Assembly: GCA_963792445.1 (NCBI GenBank)
Contig: CAWBWO010000007.1
Span: 1,247 to 65,246 of the forward strand
Reading direction: 5' to 3'
Length of the DNA stretch: 64,000 bases
Source of the DNA: an uncultured Caryophanaceae bacterium
GTDB taxonomy: Bacteria; Bacillota; Bacilli; Bacillales_A; Planococcaceae
Part shown: one piece after another, positions 1 through 9,890 of the stretch
Layout: the number at the start of each line of letters is the position of its first letter
Position numbering within the stretch: position 1 is the first letter of the stretch
Notes under the pieces: generated by a model
Seen by the model: only the letters and a program-made list of their open reading frames with translations
Told to the model about the DNA's origin: nothing
Database searches by the model: none
Program-made: the position numbers and the translations under genes

Positions 1-424
1 CCCCTTTAGTTGAAGAAAGAATGATAAAGGCTGCCTTTTGACAGCCATGTCCTGCTAACAGAGCTGATAGTAATAGTGATATTGCTATTTATTTTTTTGT
101 AACACGAACTAATAGTTAGGACATCCGTTCAGCTTTGTATATATTCTAAAAATCCATCTAGTTGTTAACGTACTTCTTCTTCAACTAAGAACTCTTCTAT
201 TTTTCCGTATCATCAAACTTGCGTAAAAAATCATCCAAATACTTTAATAAGATACTCTTGTGGAGATCTACGTTGCGTTTACTGTTCAGCAAGCTTTTCT
301 CCTTCACCCTTTTTTGACTCACAATATTTAATCTCTCCTGAATAAAATAAGCCCTCATGCACAAATACATGAGAGCTAGGTGATTCAAGATAAAAATATA
401 TATTTAAAGTGAGATTCATTACGC

Positions 425-650
425 TATGAAACAAAAAACTCCCAGCTGTTTTTTACACCATCAACAGTTACTTTGTAAGGATCTTTATCAACAAATGTTC
501 TGTTGAATGTTAATGTAACTTGTTTTTTGTTTGTAGCTCTAACTTCAGCTTTAATTACGTTAATATTGTTATCAGCTGTAAAGTTTCAGCAGTAACGTCT
601 CCAACTTCCTGGTTGAATGTTACAACTGCTTGAGTAGCGTTAATCACACT
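425..650 (-). pseudogene. S-layer/surface protein Ig-like domain fragment
   Basis: Hand translation SVINATQAVVTFNQEVGDVTAE, one frameshift, then FTADNNINVIKAEVRATNKKQVTLTFNRTFVDKDPYKVTVDGVKN. Typical Bacillales S-layer beta-sandwich pattern; no full gene around it. Confidence 0.6.
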
Positions 651-680
651 TTCCTTTCCAAATTGAAAAGATATAAAAAC

Positions 681-868
681 GCCTAAACTCTTTAGAATCA
701 AAGGTTTAGGTGCTTTTTTGTAAATTTGGTATTTTGGTTAGTATCTTGCTTCGCGATTAACTTGGCCATAACGATATTAAAACCACTTCCTTATATACTA
801 CTAATATGGCTAATAAGGATAATGAAAAAATAGATAAGATGGATTAACATGGAAATAAAGATTGGTAG
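681..868 (+). pseudogene. Palindrome plus C-terminal fragment of XerS/XerC-like tyrosine recombinase (copy 1)
   Basis: GCCTAAAC-N15-GTTTAGGT at 681-711, then ILLRD*LGHNDIKTTSLYTTNMANKD from 743 (LGH..TT..YT catalytic box II, in-frame stops). Homologous to 61172-61357. Confidence 0.75.
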
Positions 869-906
869 GAACAATATTTTGAACTTTTATAATAAATGCT
901 ATCTTT

Positions 907-952
907 CAAAAGAAAAGTCTTTGTGTTTGAAAAAACACAAAGACTTTTTTGT
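907..952. terminator. Rho-independent terminator-like hairpin
   Basis: AAAAGTCTTTGTGTTT...AAACACAAAGACTTTTTT inverted repeat. Confidence 0.6.
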
Positions 953-1081
953 TCTATAAATATTGAGTCGTAGTTTCAAATTTTCTTATAATGAAAGTTA
1001 TATAAGAAAAAAAGGTTCTGAAAAAATAGGAATAAAATATTTAATAACTATAATCAAGTCCATACGAAATTAAAACCAAGA

Positions 1082-1325
1082 ATTCTCCAATTTGCAGCAG
1101 AAAAAGGACTCGATATGGATGTTTGGTTATAAGAAAAAACTAACCATAAAGAAATCATGGAATCGTTTAAAAATAATATGAAAAAAGTGTTCTATTTGGC
1201 ACATCTAGTTATTTTGAAGGTATTGATTTTCAAAAGAAAGCCTTAACGCAAGTTATTTTAATGAGATTACCTTTTTCTATTGCTACATATCCCATTCAAA
1301 AAATATTAGATCAAGATCAGCAAAT
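1082..1325 (+). pseudogene. DinG-family helicase C-terminal fragment
   Basis: EIMESFKNN, frameshift, SVLFGTSSYFEGIDFQKKALTQVILMRLPF matches the DinG C-terminal helicase motif (GT.SF.EG.D..G..L..VI..KLPF); in-frame stop upstream. Confidence 0.6.
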
Positions 1326-1840
1326 TACTGTTCCCATCTTTTTTTAGTTGAAATCACTTTTGCTAATTCTTTACTTGCTTGTCTTCTTTTTTTTCGTTCT
1401 TCCGCTCTTTTTTCGCCTGTTTCATATAAAAATTGTTCGTCTTTTGATTCAGGAACAACTTTAGGGACAGGAGAAGGCTTTCCGTTTTCATCTAATGAAA
1501 TAAAGGTTAGAAATGCGGTTGCAGCGATTCTTCTTTCACCTGTATTTAAATCTTCTGCTACAGCCTTTACAAAAATTTCCATTGATGTCGTTCCTGTCCA
1601 TGTAACAAATGATTCCAAGCAAATCGAATCAGATGGGTTAATCGGTTGCAAAAAGTCAACAGAATCCGTTGAAGCTGTTACGACTTCTGTTCGACAATGT
1701 CTTCTTGCGGAAATCGAAGCAACAGCGTCCAGCCTTTTCATCAGTACACCGCCAAATAATGTATTATGATTATTTGTTTCGTTCGGTAAAACTAAATCCG
1801 TCTGTGTCACTCTTGATTCTTTGCATGTTTTTATGTTCAT
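1325..1840 (-). CDS. Acyl-CoA thioesterase (hotdog fold, YkhA-like)
   Basis: NNHNTLFGG, VVTASTDSVDF and TSMEIFV motifs. Confidence 0.9.
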   Translation of the reverse strand: MNIKTCKESRVTQTDLVLPNETNNHNTLFGGVLMKRLDAVASISARRHCRTEVVTASTDSVDFLQPINPSDSICLESFVTWTGTTSMEIFVKAVAEDLNTGERRIAATAFLTFISLDENGKPSPVPKVVPESKDEQFLYETGEKRAEERKKRRQASKELAKVISTKKRWEQ

Positions 1841-2438
1841 TGTTCATTTCTCCTAAAAAAATATATTTTACGTCATTATAGCTAATTTTTGCGAAAAAAC
1901 AAACAAGCATCGCTTGTCCTATGATAGGTTCAAAATATCTTCATTGGAAATTTTTGGTTTCTATTAAAACTTTTAGTTAATAGCGATCCTCTGAGCTTTT
2001 TAGGTGCTTTTTGCAAGATTTCATGCTTCAACAATGAGAATCCATTCCACATTCCGAATTTTTACTCCCTCCTCTTATGAAAAAAGAATGCACACGAAAA
2101 CAAAAACACAAATTATGTGCTATATTTTAAATAGTTTTACCTAGTTGATTATAGGTTAATAGTTATCTTATATTTATAAAAAATACACTTTTTATTGTAA
2201 ATAGGCAATTTAAAATTGTATAATATTACGAAAAATTGAGTATTTATATAACTTCGCTATAATAATTTCCCGTAATTATAATGTACCTTTATCTTTAATC
2301 TTATAAAATCTTCATCAGTAATTTCTTAATAAAGAGAAAAAGAACCACTTTCTTCAAGAAAGTGGTTTTCCATCTTTCATTTTTGCAAATTTCCCGATTA
2401 TGCCACTACAATTATTTTTGAAAATAGGAGGAATAGAG

Positions 2439-2762
2439 ATGCATGTATACGGCTCATTAATAGACAACGAAACACGATGTACACATTATCATACCGAAAA
2501 AGACATTATTGCCATCAAGTTTGCATGTTGCGATCGGTACTATCCTTGTTATAAATGCCATGAGGAACATGCCAATCATCCAATACAAAGGTGGACAAAA
2601 AAACAAATTAATACCTTGGCTATTTTATGTGGTGCCTGTCAAACAGAGTTAACGATTCAACAATATATGGAGTCTAGCCATTGTCCCAATTGTCATGCAC
2701 CATTTAATGAGCGATGTGAATTGCATTATCCGATTTACTTTGAAATGGAGGGTACAGAATGA
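2439..2762 (+). CDS. CHY zinc finger protein
   Basis: RCTHYH...FACCDRYYPCYKCH...CGAC...CPNC...FNERC..H; RBS GGAGG before ATG at 2439. Confidence 0.85.
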   Translation: MHVYGSLIDNETRCTHYHTEKDIIAIKFACCDRYYPCYKCHEEHANHPIQRWTKKQINTLAILCGACQTELTIQQYMESSHCPNCHAPFNERCELHYPIYFEMEGTE

Positions 2763-2909
2763 ATTGGGGAACTCCAATATTGAAATTACTTCAAATTTGA
2801 GTCTCCAATTTTTTAGTTAGATTTGCCTGCGTTTACTCAAGCACTAGGCAGACCACAAAAAAACTTGATGACAATTTAACACTTCTATTCATTCATAATT
2901 AATTTCCTT

Positions 2910-3362
2910 TCATCGTTGCAATTCCAACAAATAGCATGGCAGTTCCACCACTTGAGCGAGCATGTCTTTAAAGGTTTCTGTTTTACCCGTATTTGGATCA
3001 TAAATAGCAAAATCCAATAACTGTCGATGCACATTATGAATTCGATTTGGTCGCCATTTATAAATTCTCGTATGTAAATCGACTACCTGGTTTGGGGTTT
3101 CGGCAAAATAGAAAGCATAGCAGCGTGGATTTCCTTTTATCTCCACTGCATATAATTGGATTTTCTTCATCCCAAGTATGTCTTCCTCGTACATTTTATA
3201 GAAATCATTCTCTTCTGACTCTGTTAACTGAATTTGCATCAGCTTTTCTGACCGATCTTCTGCACTAATCTTCCCGCGCTCTAACCCAAAATAGATAAAG
3301 TGAGCAAGATAGGCTAAATCATATTCAATGGCATCTTTTAGTAGGTTTTTGATTGATGGCAT
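2910..3362 (-). CDS. Hypothetical protein
   Basis: 150-aa ORF with GGGAGG RBS. Confidence 0.65.
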   Translation of the reverse strand: MPSIKNLLKDAIEYDLAYLAHFIYFGLERGKISAEDRSEKLMQIQLTESEENDFYKMYEEDILGMKKIQLYAVEIKGNPRCYAFYFAETPNQVVDLHTRIYKWRPNRIHNVHRQLLDFAIYDPNTGKTETFKDMLAQVVELPCYLLELQR

Positions 3363-3883
3363 GTTGTCCTCCCTGTTCTACTCTTCTAAATTACAAATCT
3401 GTCCAGTAGATTTTGAAAAGATGACTGGCACTGTACCAGAATTTTTGAATTGAAAGAAGCAGGTTAGTTAAACAAAAAAATATTCGAATGAATACGAATG
3501 CTTGGCGTACTAATAATGTCGAATACTTTCATAGATTGATATTTTAGGAGGATTTTGGGTATATTTTGTAGAAGTTGAGAAGGGGTGATGAGGATGAAAA
3601 ACAGTTTTGCTTATATTATCGGATTTCGATTATCATAAGTTTTACGATTTTGGGTTATTTTTGATGGTTGCGTTGAAGATAATGTAATAAATTGAATAAA
3701 ATGATTATCGCTATGAATTGTCCCTATGACGATAGAATCATTATTTTGATAAAAAGACTGGTGACTATTGGCATAGTTTATGCCTTGGTGAAGGCCCTAC
3801 TGAATGGGAAAAAGAATAGATGAGTATGGGTAAATTATCTGAGAACAATAAAAACCACTTCGATGAAAATAGTGAAGTGGTTT

Positions 3884-4174
3884 TTAATTTCTTTTGAAAG
3901 ATTTATGTATCTCTTTTTGAATTTTCTTTTGATATTTATTGTAATACGCAGTCTTATTTTTCATTTTTTCAATGTTAAATTTTCCAATTACATAACGAAC
4001 GTCTTCATTTTCTTTAATTAATTTTTCAAATTGAAGATCATTCAGGTATTCTTGAAACCATGGGTATTCAGTTAGAAATTTAATATTTTTCTCTATTTCT
4101 TCTTCTGTTACATCTTTTGTAGAAGCAAATAAAATTGTACCAATTGAGCCTATAAGCTCGAATAGAGATTCCAT
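3884..4174 (-). CDS. Hypothetical protein
   Basis: 96-aa ORF with AGGCGGTGG RBS-like sequence and downstream hairpin. Confidence 0.6.
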   Translation of the reverse strand: MESLFELIGSIGTILFASTKDVTEEEIEKNIKFLTEYPWFQEYLNDLQFEKLIKENEDVRYVIGKFNIEKMKNKTAYYNKYQKKIQKEIHKSFKRN

Positions 4175-4274
4175 CTATTCCACCGCCTTAACATAAATTC
4201 TATACTATTTTCTACGATTGATTTAGCAAAAGGTTTCTTTTCAAATTAATAGTATTTTAAAATAAGTGAATAAC

Positions 4275-4305
4275 AAAAACCTCACCATAGTCTGGTGAGG
4301 TTTTT
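4275..4305 (-). terminator. Terminator of esterase-BVMO operon
   Basis: AAAAACCTCACCA-tagtc-TGGTGAGGTTTTT. Confidence 0.75.
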
Positions 4306-4316
4306 ATCATTAATAT

Positions 4317-5939
4317 TTAGATTGTCGAAGTTTCCGCATTTATCTTTTCAAACGCAAATCCTTCATATTCATTCGCTGCTACTTCATCGCAAACTTTCCG
4401 GTAGTTGTTTAGGCCACCAACGTAGATGAGCATTCCTCGTGGTTTGCCCTCGATATTGGCGCCTGTGTACCAAGATTCCGTTTTGGTAAACAACGTTTGG
4501 TCAGCGATTGCTGCACATTGTTCACTCCATTGTTTTTGTGCATCAAGCGTAGCTTCTACTTTGGAGTATTGATGGATTCGCATGTAGTTAATGATCTCTG
4601 TAATCCAATCAACATGTTGTTCAATGGCAGCTGGCATATTGGTTAGAACGGATGGACTTTGTGGACCCGTAATGGTAAATAGATTCGGGAAGTTATGGAT
4701 GCTTAGTCCTAAATATGTTTCTGTTTTCGCACCATCTTCCCATACTTCACGAATTGATTTGCCCTCTTTCCCACGAATATCGATTTTCATCAATGGGCGA
4801 GTCATCGCATCATAACCTGTTGCAAAAATAATGACATCTAGGTCATATTCTGCTTTTGTTGTGCGAATACCATTTTTCGTTATTTCATCAATTGGTTGCT
4901 CACGTAAATTGACCGTATGAACGTGATCTAAATTATACGTTTCGTAATAATTTGTATTCACAATCGGTCGCTTTGTTCCGTAATAGTAGTATGGTAATAA
5001 CGCTTCGGCTTTTTTTGGATCCTTCACGATGCTTTTGATTTTCTCTCTGATAAACTCACCAACCGTTTGATTTGACTCTGCGTTGATTAATAAATCATTG
5101 TACGCGTTAAGAATCGCAAATCCACCTTCTTCCCAACCTTCTTCGTACACTTTTTGACGAACTTCCTGAGTTTCATCAAGTGCCGATTTTGTTGGAATAT
5201 TTGCAGGTAAGCCCGAAACGGATGCAAGCATCTGTTCACGAATTTCATCAAAGTTTCGTTTCACTTCATCGATTTCGCTTTGTTCAAATTCATAATTATT
5301 AGCTGGTGAAGTAAACTGCGGTGTACGTTGGAATACAAAGAGCTCTGAAGCCACTTTTGCAATTTCAGGGATGGATTGCACACCACTTGAACCTGTTCCA
5401 ATTACACCAACTCGTTTTCCAGTTAAATCGACTGGATCATGAGGCCATTCACCTGTATGGTAAGCTTGTCCCTCAAATTGTTCTAAGCCTTTCATATTAG
5501 GAATGTTCGTACTTGAAAGACATCCAACAGCCGTGATGAGATACGTACATGTATAGACATCCCCTTGTTCTGTTCGAACTTCCCATTTATTTTCTGTTTC
5601 ATTTCTCACAGCGGATTGAACAGTTGTGTTAAAAGAGAATTCTTTCTTCACATCTAATTCTTCTGCCGCGAAATTTAAATAGCGTAATATTTCATCTTGT
5701 GATGCATAACGGGATGACCATGACCATTTTTGATACAACTCTTTTGAGAACGTAAAGTTATAGTAGATACTTTCCGAGTCACATTTCGCACCAGGATAAC
5801 GACTCCAATACCAGACTCCACCGACAGTACTTGCCTTTTCAAATCCTTTAACCGAATAGCCTTCTTGACGAAGCTTGTACGTCATATAAATACCTGAAAA
5901 GCCTGCACCAATAACTATTGCATCGTAATGTAAAGTCAT
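4317..5939 (-). CDS. Type I Baeyer-Villiger monooxygenase (cyclohexanone/phenylacetone monooxygenase family)
   Basis: GAGFSG, GGVWYWSRYPG, BVMO fingerprint FEGQAYHTGEWP, GTGSSG, ATGYD. Confidence 0.93.
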   Translation of the reverse strand: MTLHYDAIVIGAGFSGIYMTYKLRQEGYSVKGFEKASTVGGVWYWSRYPGAKCDSESIYYNFTFSKELYQKWSWSSRYASQDEILRYLNFAAEELDVKKEFSFNTTVQSAVRNETENKWEVRTEQGDVYTCTYLITAVGCLSSTNIPNMKGLEQFEGQAYHTGEWPHDPVDLTGKRVGVIGTGSSGVQSIPEIAKVASELFVFQRTPQFTSPANNYEFEQSEIDEVKRNFDEIREQMLASVSGLPANIPTKSALDETQEVRQKVYEEGWEEGGFAILNAYNDLLINAESNQTVGEFIREKIKSIVKDPKKAEALLPYYYYGTKRPIVNTNYYETYNLDHVHTVNLREQPIDEITKNGIRTTKAEYDLDVIIFATGYDAMTRPLMKIDIRGKEGKSIREVWEDGAKTETYLGLSIHNFPNLFTITGPQSPSVLTNMPAAIEQHVDWITEIINYMRIHQYSKVEATLDAQKQWSEQCAAIADQTLFTKTESWYTGANIEGKPRGMLIYVGGLNNYRKVCDEVAANEYEGFAFEKINAETSTI

Positions 5940-5958
5940 GTAATGTCCTCCCCTCAAT

Positions 5959-6909
5959 TTATACTCGTTGAATCAGTTTTTGAGCGAATGTTGTAATCGC
6001 ATTCACTACTTGCTCCGTTTCTTCTTTAAAGAAATCAACATTGCTATAGAAACCGTGAACTGTACCAGGAATCACTTGATACTCTACTTCTACTCCATCT
6101 GCTTTCAGTTTTTCTGCATATTGTGCGCCTTCATCTTTTAACACATCATGCTCTGCTGCGACGATGATGGCTGGCGGAAGCCCTTTTAATGATTCATTTT
6201 GCAATGGTGACACAAGTGGATTTGCAAATTCTTTTTCATCCAATGTGTAATATTTGCCAAACCAAACCATTAAATCACGATCAAGACCATAGCCATCTGC
6301 ATATTGTTCATAAGACTTTGTTGTAAAGTCTAAATTCGTTACAGGATAGATTAATAATTGAGCACTGATTTTCGGCCCATTGTGATCAAGGGCATGTTTT
6401 GATACAACAGTTGCTAAGTTACCACCTGCACTATCGCCACCTACTAAAATACGATTTGCATCACCATTAATAGCTTCAGCATTTTCGTATACCCAATTCA
6501 ATGCATCAACGGCATCTTGTAATGGAGTTGGGAATGGATTTTCAGGCGCTAAACGATAGTCAACTGATACGACAACTGCATTTGCTTGTGTTGCAGTTAA
6601 ACGATTGGCAGCTTCAAACATTTCTACAGCGCCAATGACCCAGCCACCACCGTGATAGTAGACAAGAATTGGAAATGGACCATTACCTTCTGGCGTATAC
6701 ACACGAACACGAATTTCTTGACCATCTGATGTAGGAATCATTCGGTCTTCAACCTTTTGAATTGCTGGTAATTCTACTGCAACCTCTGGGGCAGGCGCTT
6801 GTGCCATGATGGCTTTCAATTCAATTGGATCGAACGATTGAATTTTTGGTCCTTGGTAAAACGCTTCCAAATAACTTTGTGTATTTGCTGGTAACTTTGT
6901 CAATTTCAT
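5959..6909 (-). CDS. Alpha/beta hydrolase (HSL-family esterase/lactonase)
   Basis: HGGGW, GDSAGG, DVLKDE and HGF motifs. Confidence 0.92.
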   Translation of the reverse strand: MKLTKLPANTQSYLEAFYQGPKIQSFDPIELKAIMAQAPAPEVAVELPAIQKVEDRMIPTSDGQEIRVRVYTPEGNGPFPILVYYHGGGWVIGAVEMFEAANRLTATQANAVVVSVDYRLAPENPFPTPLQDAVDALNWVYENAEAINGDANRILVGGDSAGGNLATVVSKHALDHNGPKISAQLLIYPVTNLDFTTKSYEQYADGYGLDRDLMVWFGKYYTLDEKEFANPLVSPLQNESLKGLPPAIIVAAEHDVLKDEGAQYAEKLKADGVEVEYQVIPGTVHGFYSNVDFFKEETEQVVNAITTFAQKLIQRV

Positions 6910-7080
6910 TCCTCCCAAAATAGTAATAGTGAACCATAGTTTAAGTATATGGATTTGTCATCTTAGATTGAATTCCCTATTTTTATAATATTTCTCCTAA
7001 AAAATAAGGATAGAAAAAAGTTTTAAAACTACCTTATTAAAATTGTCAAAATATACTCACTTAATCTATAATTTTCTTAT

Positions 7081-7213
7081 ATAAAGTGAAACTTCAATCA
7101 GTGGGTCATCCCCACTGATTGTTAGTTGAACCAATCGGGCATTTACGGGCAGTTATCTCCACAATGTAATTTTCTATAGCCTAGCAGTGAGTCTACTGCC
7201 GTTAATGCATAAA
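7081..7213. repeat. bcr1-like dispersed repeat (copy 1)
   Basis: ATAAAGTGAAACTTCAATCAGTGGG...CCCACTGATT...CCAATCGGGC.TTTACGGGCAGTT...ACTGCC..TTAATGC.ATAAA; near-identical ends at 56361-56509. Confidence 0.8.
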
Positions 7214-7232
7214 TGTATTTCTTCTGAAAGAG

Positions 7233-7934
7233 GTGGCTATTTTGATACATGAACAGTTGATCACTGAAGATTTAAAATCAATCCCCTTTACAGATTCGCG
7301 TGAAGAATTACTATTATCGATTACACAAATCTATCTCAAACTTTTTCCAGTCAAAGATGCCTACTTATTTCGTTATTCCGTATTAGACAATTTTGCAGAA
7401 GGCATTCTATGGATTGAAGAAGAGCACATAAAATCTATTTCCTATATTCGAGATAATGCAAGCACCATTCCGAGTATTTACGCTGCACTTTGTGAAAAAG
7501 AAGCTAAATATTTCGATGGATTCGACTACTACTTGACAAATTCAGTAAAATATCAAAATAATGGCGTTTCAGATTCTCTATTAGTTGTTCCGATCATTTC
7601 TGGTAATTTAGTCATTGCGTACATTTGTAGCAACCAAGTTCAGGCTGAATCAATCAATGCTTCACTATTAAAAAGTGCGACATTATTTGGGCAGATTTCT
7701 GGTGAAACCATCACAAGGGGAATCTCTAAAAAAGAGCAACGAATCTTATCAAAGAGAGAATGGGAAGTCATGCGCCAAGTAGCAGATGGAGAAAGTACAA
7801 AAGTTGTGGCAAAAAATCTTTGCTTGAGCGAAGTAACAGTCAATCAGTACATTAAGCAAGCGATTACGAAACTAGGAGCCACCAATCGGACACATGCCAT
7901 ATCGATCATGTATCGAAAGAACTTACTCAATTGA
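7233..7934 (+). CDS. LuxR-family transcriptional regulator with N-terminal GAF-like domain
   Basis: C-terminal LSKREWEVMRQVADGESTK...LSEVTVNQY...KLGATNR HTH; divergent from esterase-BVMO. Confidence 0.85.
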   Translation: MAILIHEQLITEDLKSIPFTDSREELLLSITQIYLKLFPVKDAYLFRYSVLDNFAEGILWIEEEHIKSISYIRDNASTIPSIYAALCEKEAKYFDGFDYYLTNSVKYQNNGVSDSLLVVPIISGNLVIAYICSNQVQAESINASLLKSATLFGQISGETITRGISKKEQRILSKREWEVMRQVADGESTKVVAKNLCLSEVTVNQYIKQAITKLGATNRTHAISIMYRKNLLN

Positions 7935-8123
7935 GCGTTAAAATGAAAGGGCTTTCAAAAAAATTATCTTTATCGAGTTTATGAAGCATTTTTAATATAA
8001 AAAGACCATTTAATATCATTTGTATTAAATGGTCGGAGTACTTACATATAGTATATTTTGCATTTATTTTAGATTAATCTAAACGCTTATATAAAGTTGG
8101 ATGTCTTTTACTAATCCAAGCTT

Positions 8124-8717
8124 TTACTCAAACACCTTCAATTTATCATTTAACTTCCGATAAATAATTTTCATATAAGGCTCACTGCTTTTTTCCACAG
8201 CTTCGTCCAACGACATCCACTCGATCGCGCTATTTTCATCGGGTTTGATTTGAGTTAGTTCTTGTTCATCTGCTTCGATTAAATAGGTGACGTTTAGATG
8301 GACATGTGTTGCGACATGCTTTCCTTTTTTTACATGGCCGTCTACTCCAAGGATTTCGAGTGAGTAGATTTCTTGTGAAACAGGTTTAATCTGTTGTAGA
8401 CCCGTTTCTTCTCCCGTTTCCTTTAACGCAACATGTAGAAGGTCTGCATCGCCATCTGCATGTCCACCAATCCAGGACCATGATTGATAGATATTGTGAA
8501 AGGCCATCAATACTTTGGTGTGTTGTTTATTGACAATCCAAGCTGAGGCTGTGAAATGGGCAAATTCGTTTTTCCGTGTTAGCGTATCTGTGAAGGTATC
8601 CATATATTTTAGGATTACTTCCTGATCTTTTGCTTCTTGTTCGTTATATGGTTGATATGTAGCAATTTGATTTCTAAGATTCAAAAGTCTCATCTCCGTT
8701 GATTTATTCATAACCAA
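8124..8717 (-). CDS. NUDIX hydrolase
   Basis: GGHADG...ALKETGEETG Nudix box; HFTASAW. Confidence 0.88.
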   Translation of the reverse strand: MVMNKSTEMRLLNLRNQIATYQPYNEQEAKDQEVILKYMDTFTDTLTRKNEFAHFTASAWIVNKQHTKVLMAFHNIYQSWSWIGGHADGDADLLHVALKETGEETGLQQIKPVSQEIYSLEILGVDGHVKKGKHVATHVHLNVTYLIEADEQELTQIKPDENSAIEWMSLDEAVEKSSEPYMKIIYRKLNDKLKVFE

Positions 8718-8806
8718 TTGTAGCTTTTGAATAGTATTTGGTCAAAAAGACAAAATAAAACACCTATTAAATTCCTTAATAGGTGTTTAAACATCTAGAA
8801 TCCACT

Positions 8807-9586
8807 TCACAAGAGAATATCCAACCATACCTTTATTGCTGTTGCAAGTATTAGTATGGCTAATAATCGTTGCAACATTTTCGTATTCATCTTTTTGCTG
8901 ACACTGGCGCCGATTGGGGCTGCGATTAGACCTGCTATAATCACGATAACAGCTGGGATATAATCGATTTGCCCCGTTGCAATTTTACCAATTGATCCTG
9001 CAATTGATGATAAAAAGGTGACTGCTAAACTTGAAGCGATGGTCATACGGGTTGGGATTCGTAAAATAAGCAGCATGATGGGGATTAACAAGAATCCGCC
9101 ACCTGCCCCTACAATCCCTGAACCAATTCCAACGACAAAAGCTAATATGGCTGCTATAAGGCCATTAAATTTCACCTGTTCAAGTGGAATCTGATCGATT
9201 TCCTTTTTAGGAATGAACATCATGATCGCTGCTAGTAATGATAATATGCCATAGACTACATTGATCGATTCTTCTGATAACAGATTTGAACCGAAACTGC
9301 CAATAAAAGTACCAAATATAATCGAGATTCCCATAATGGTAATCAGCTTTTTGTTTAGATAGCCACCATTGCGAAAAGCGAATACCCCTGCAATCGATAC
9401 AAATAACACGTCCAGCGCGCTAATTCCCGATACTTCATGTGCTGAAAAAGATGCCAATCCAAAAAGTGGTGGGATATATAAAAGTAATGGATATTTGACG
9501 ATGGCTCCCCCAATCCCCAACATCCCTGAGACAAATGATCCGACAAAGCCGATTGCAGCTAGAGTAAGAATATACGCGACATCCAT
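8807..9586 (-). CDS. yrkJ: Sulfite exporter TauE/SafE (TSUP) family
   Basis: SGMLGIGGA and GIVGAGGGF repeats, about 8 TM segments, operon context. Confidence 0.85.
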   Translation of the reverse strand: MDVAYILTLAAIGFVGSFVSGMLGIGGAIVKYPLLLYIPPLFGLASFSAHEVSGISALDVLFVSIAGVFAFRNGGYLNKKLITIMGISIIFGTFIGSFGSNLLSEESINVVYGILSLLAAIMMFIPKKEIDQIPLEQVKFNGLIAAILAFVVGIGSGIVGAGGGFLLIPIMLLILRIPTRMTIASSLAVTFLSSIAGSIGKIATGQIDYIPAVIVIIAGLIAAPIGASVSKKMNTKMLQRLLAILILATAIKVWLDILL

Positions 9587-9622
9587 TTGATTTCCTTCTT
9601 TCTATCGATGAAGCTATTCAAC

Positions 9623-9850
9623 TTAAGCTTTTTCGATAAAGAATATAAATGTGCTATTCTCTTCTGACTGATCTACAAGTTTGTGACCGGAAGCTTTAAC
9701 CCAAGCAGGGATATCTGAAAGTGCTCCTTTATCTGTAACATGCACTTCCAAAACTTCACCTGACTGTAGTGTATCCATTGCTTTTTTTGTGCGAACGATT
9801 GGCATTGGACATGCTAAACCTTTTGCATCTACTTTCAATTTTGAATTCAT
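9623..9850 (-). CDS. yrkI: TusA-family sulfurtransferase
   Basis: DAKGLACPMP motif. Confidence 0.88.
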   Translation of the reverse strand: MNSKLKVDAKGLACPMPIVRTKKAMDTLQSGEVLEVHVTDKGALSDIPAWVKASGHKLVDQSEENSTFIFFIEKA

Positions 9851-9890
9851 CTATTATTCTCCATTTCATTTTTTATTTTTCATTAAATTT

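Noticed and set aside
197-388. 63-aa ORF as a real gene
   Set aside because: No RBS or recognisable motif; lies in a decayed region.
3594-3823. Small membrane protein after an RBS-like GAGG
   Set aside because: Multiple stops and no assignable family; at most a decayed remnant.
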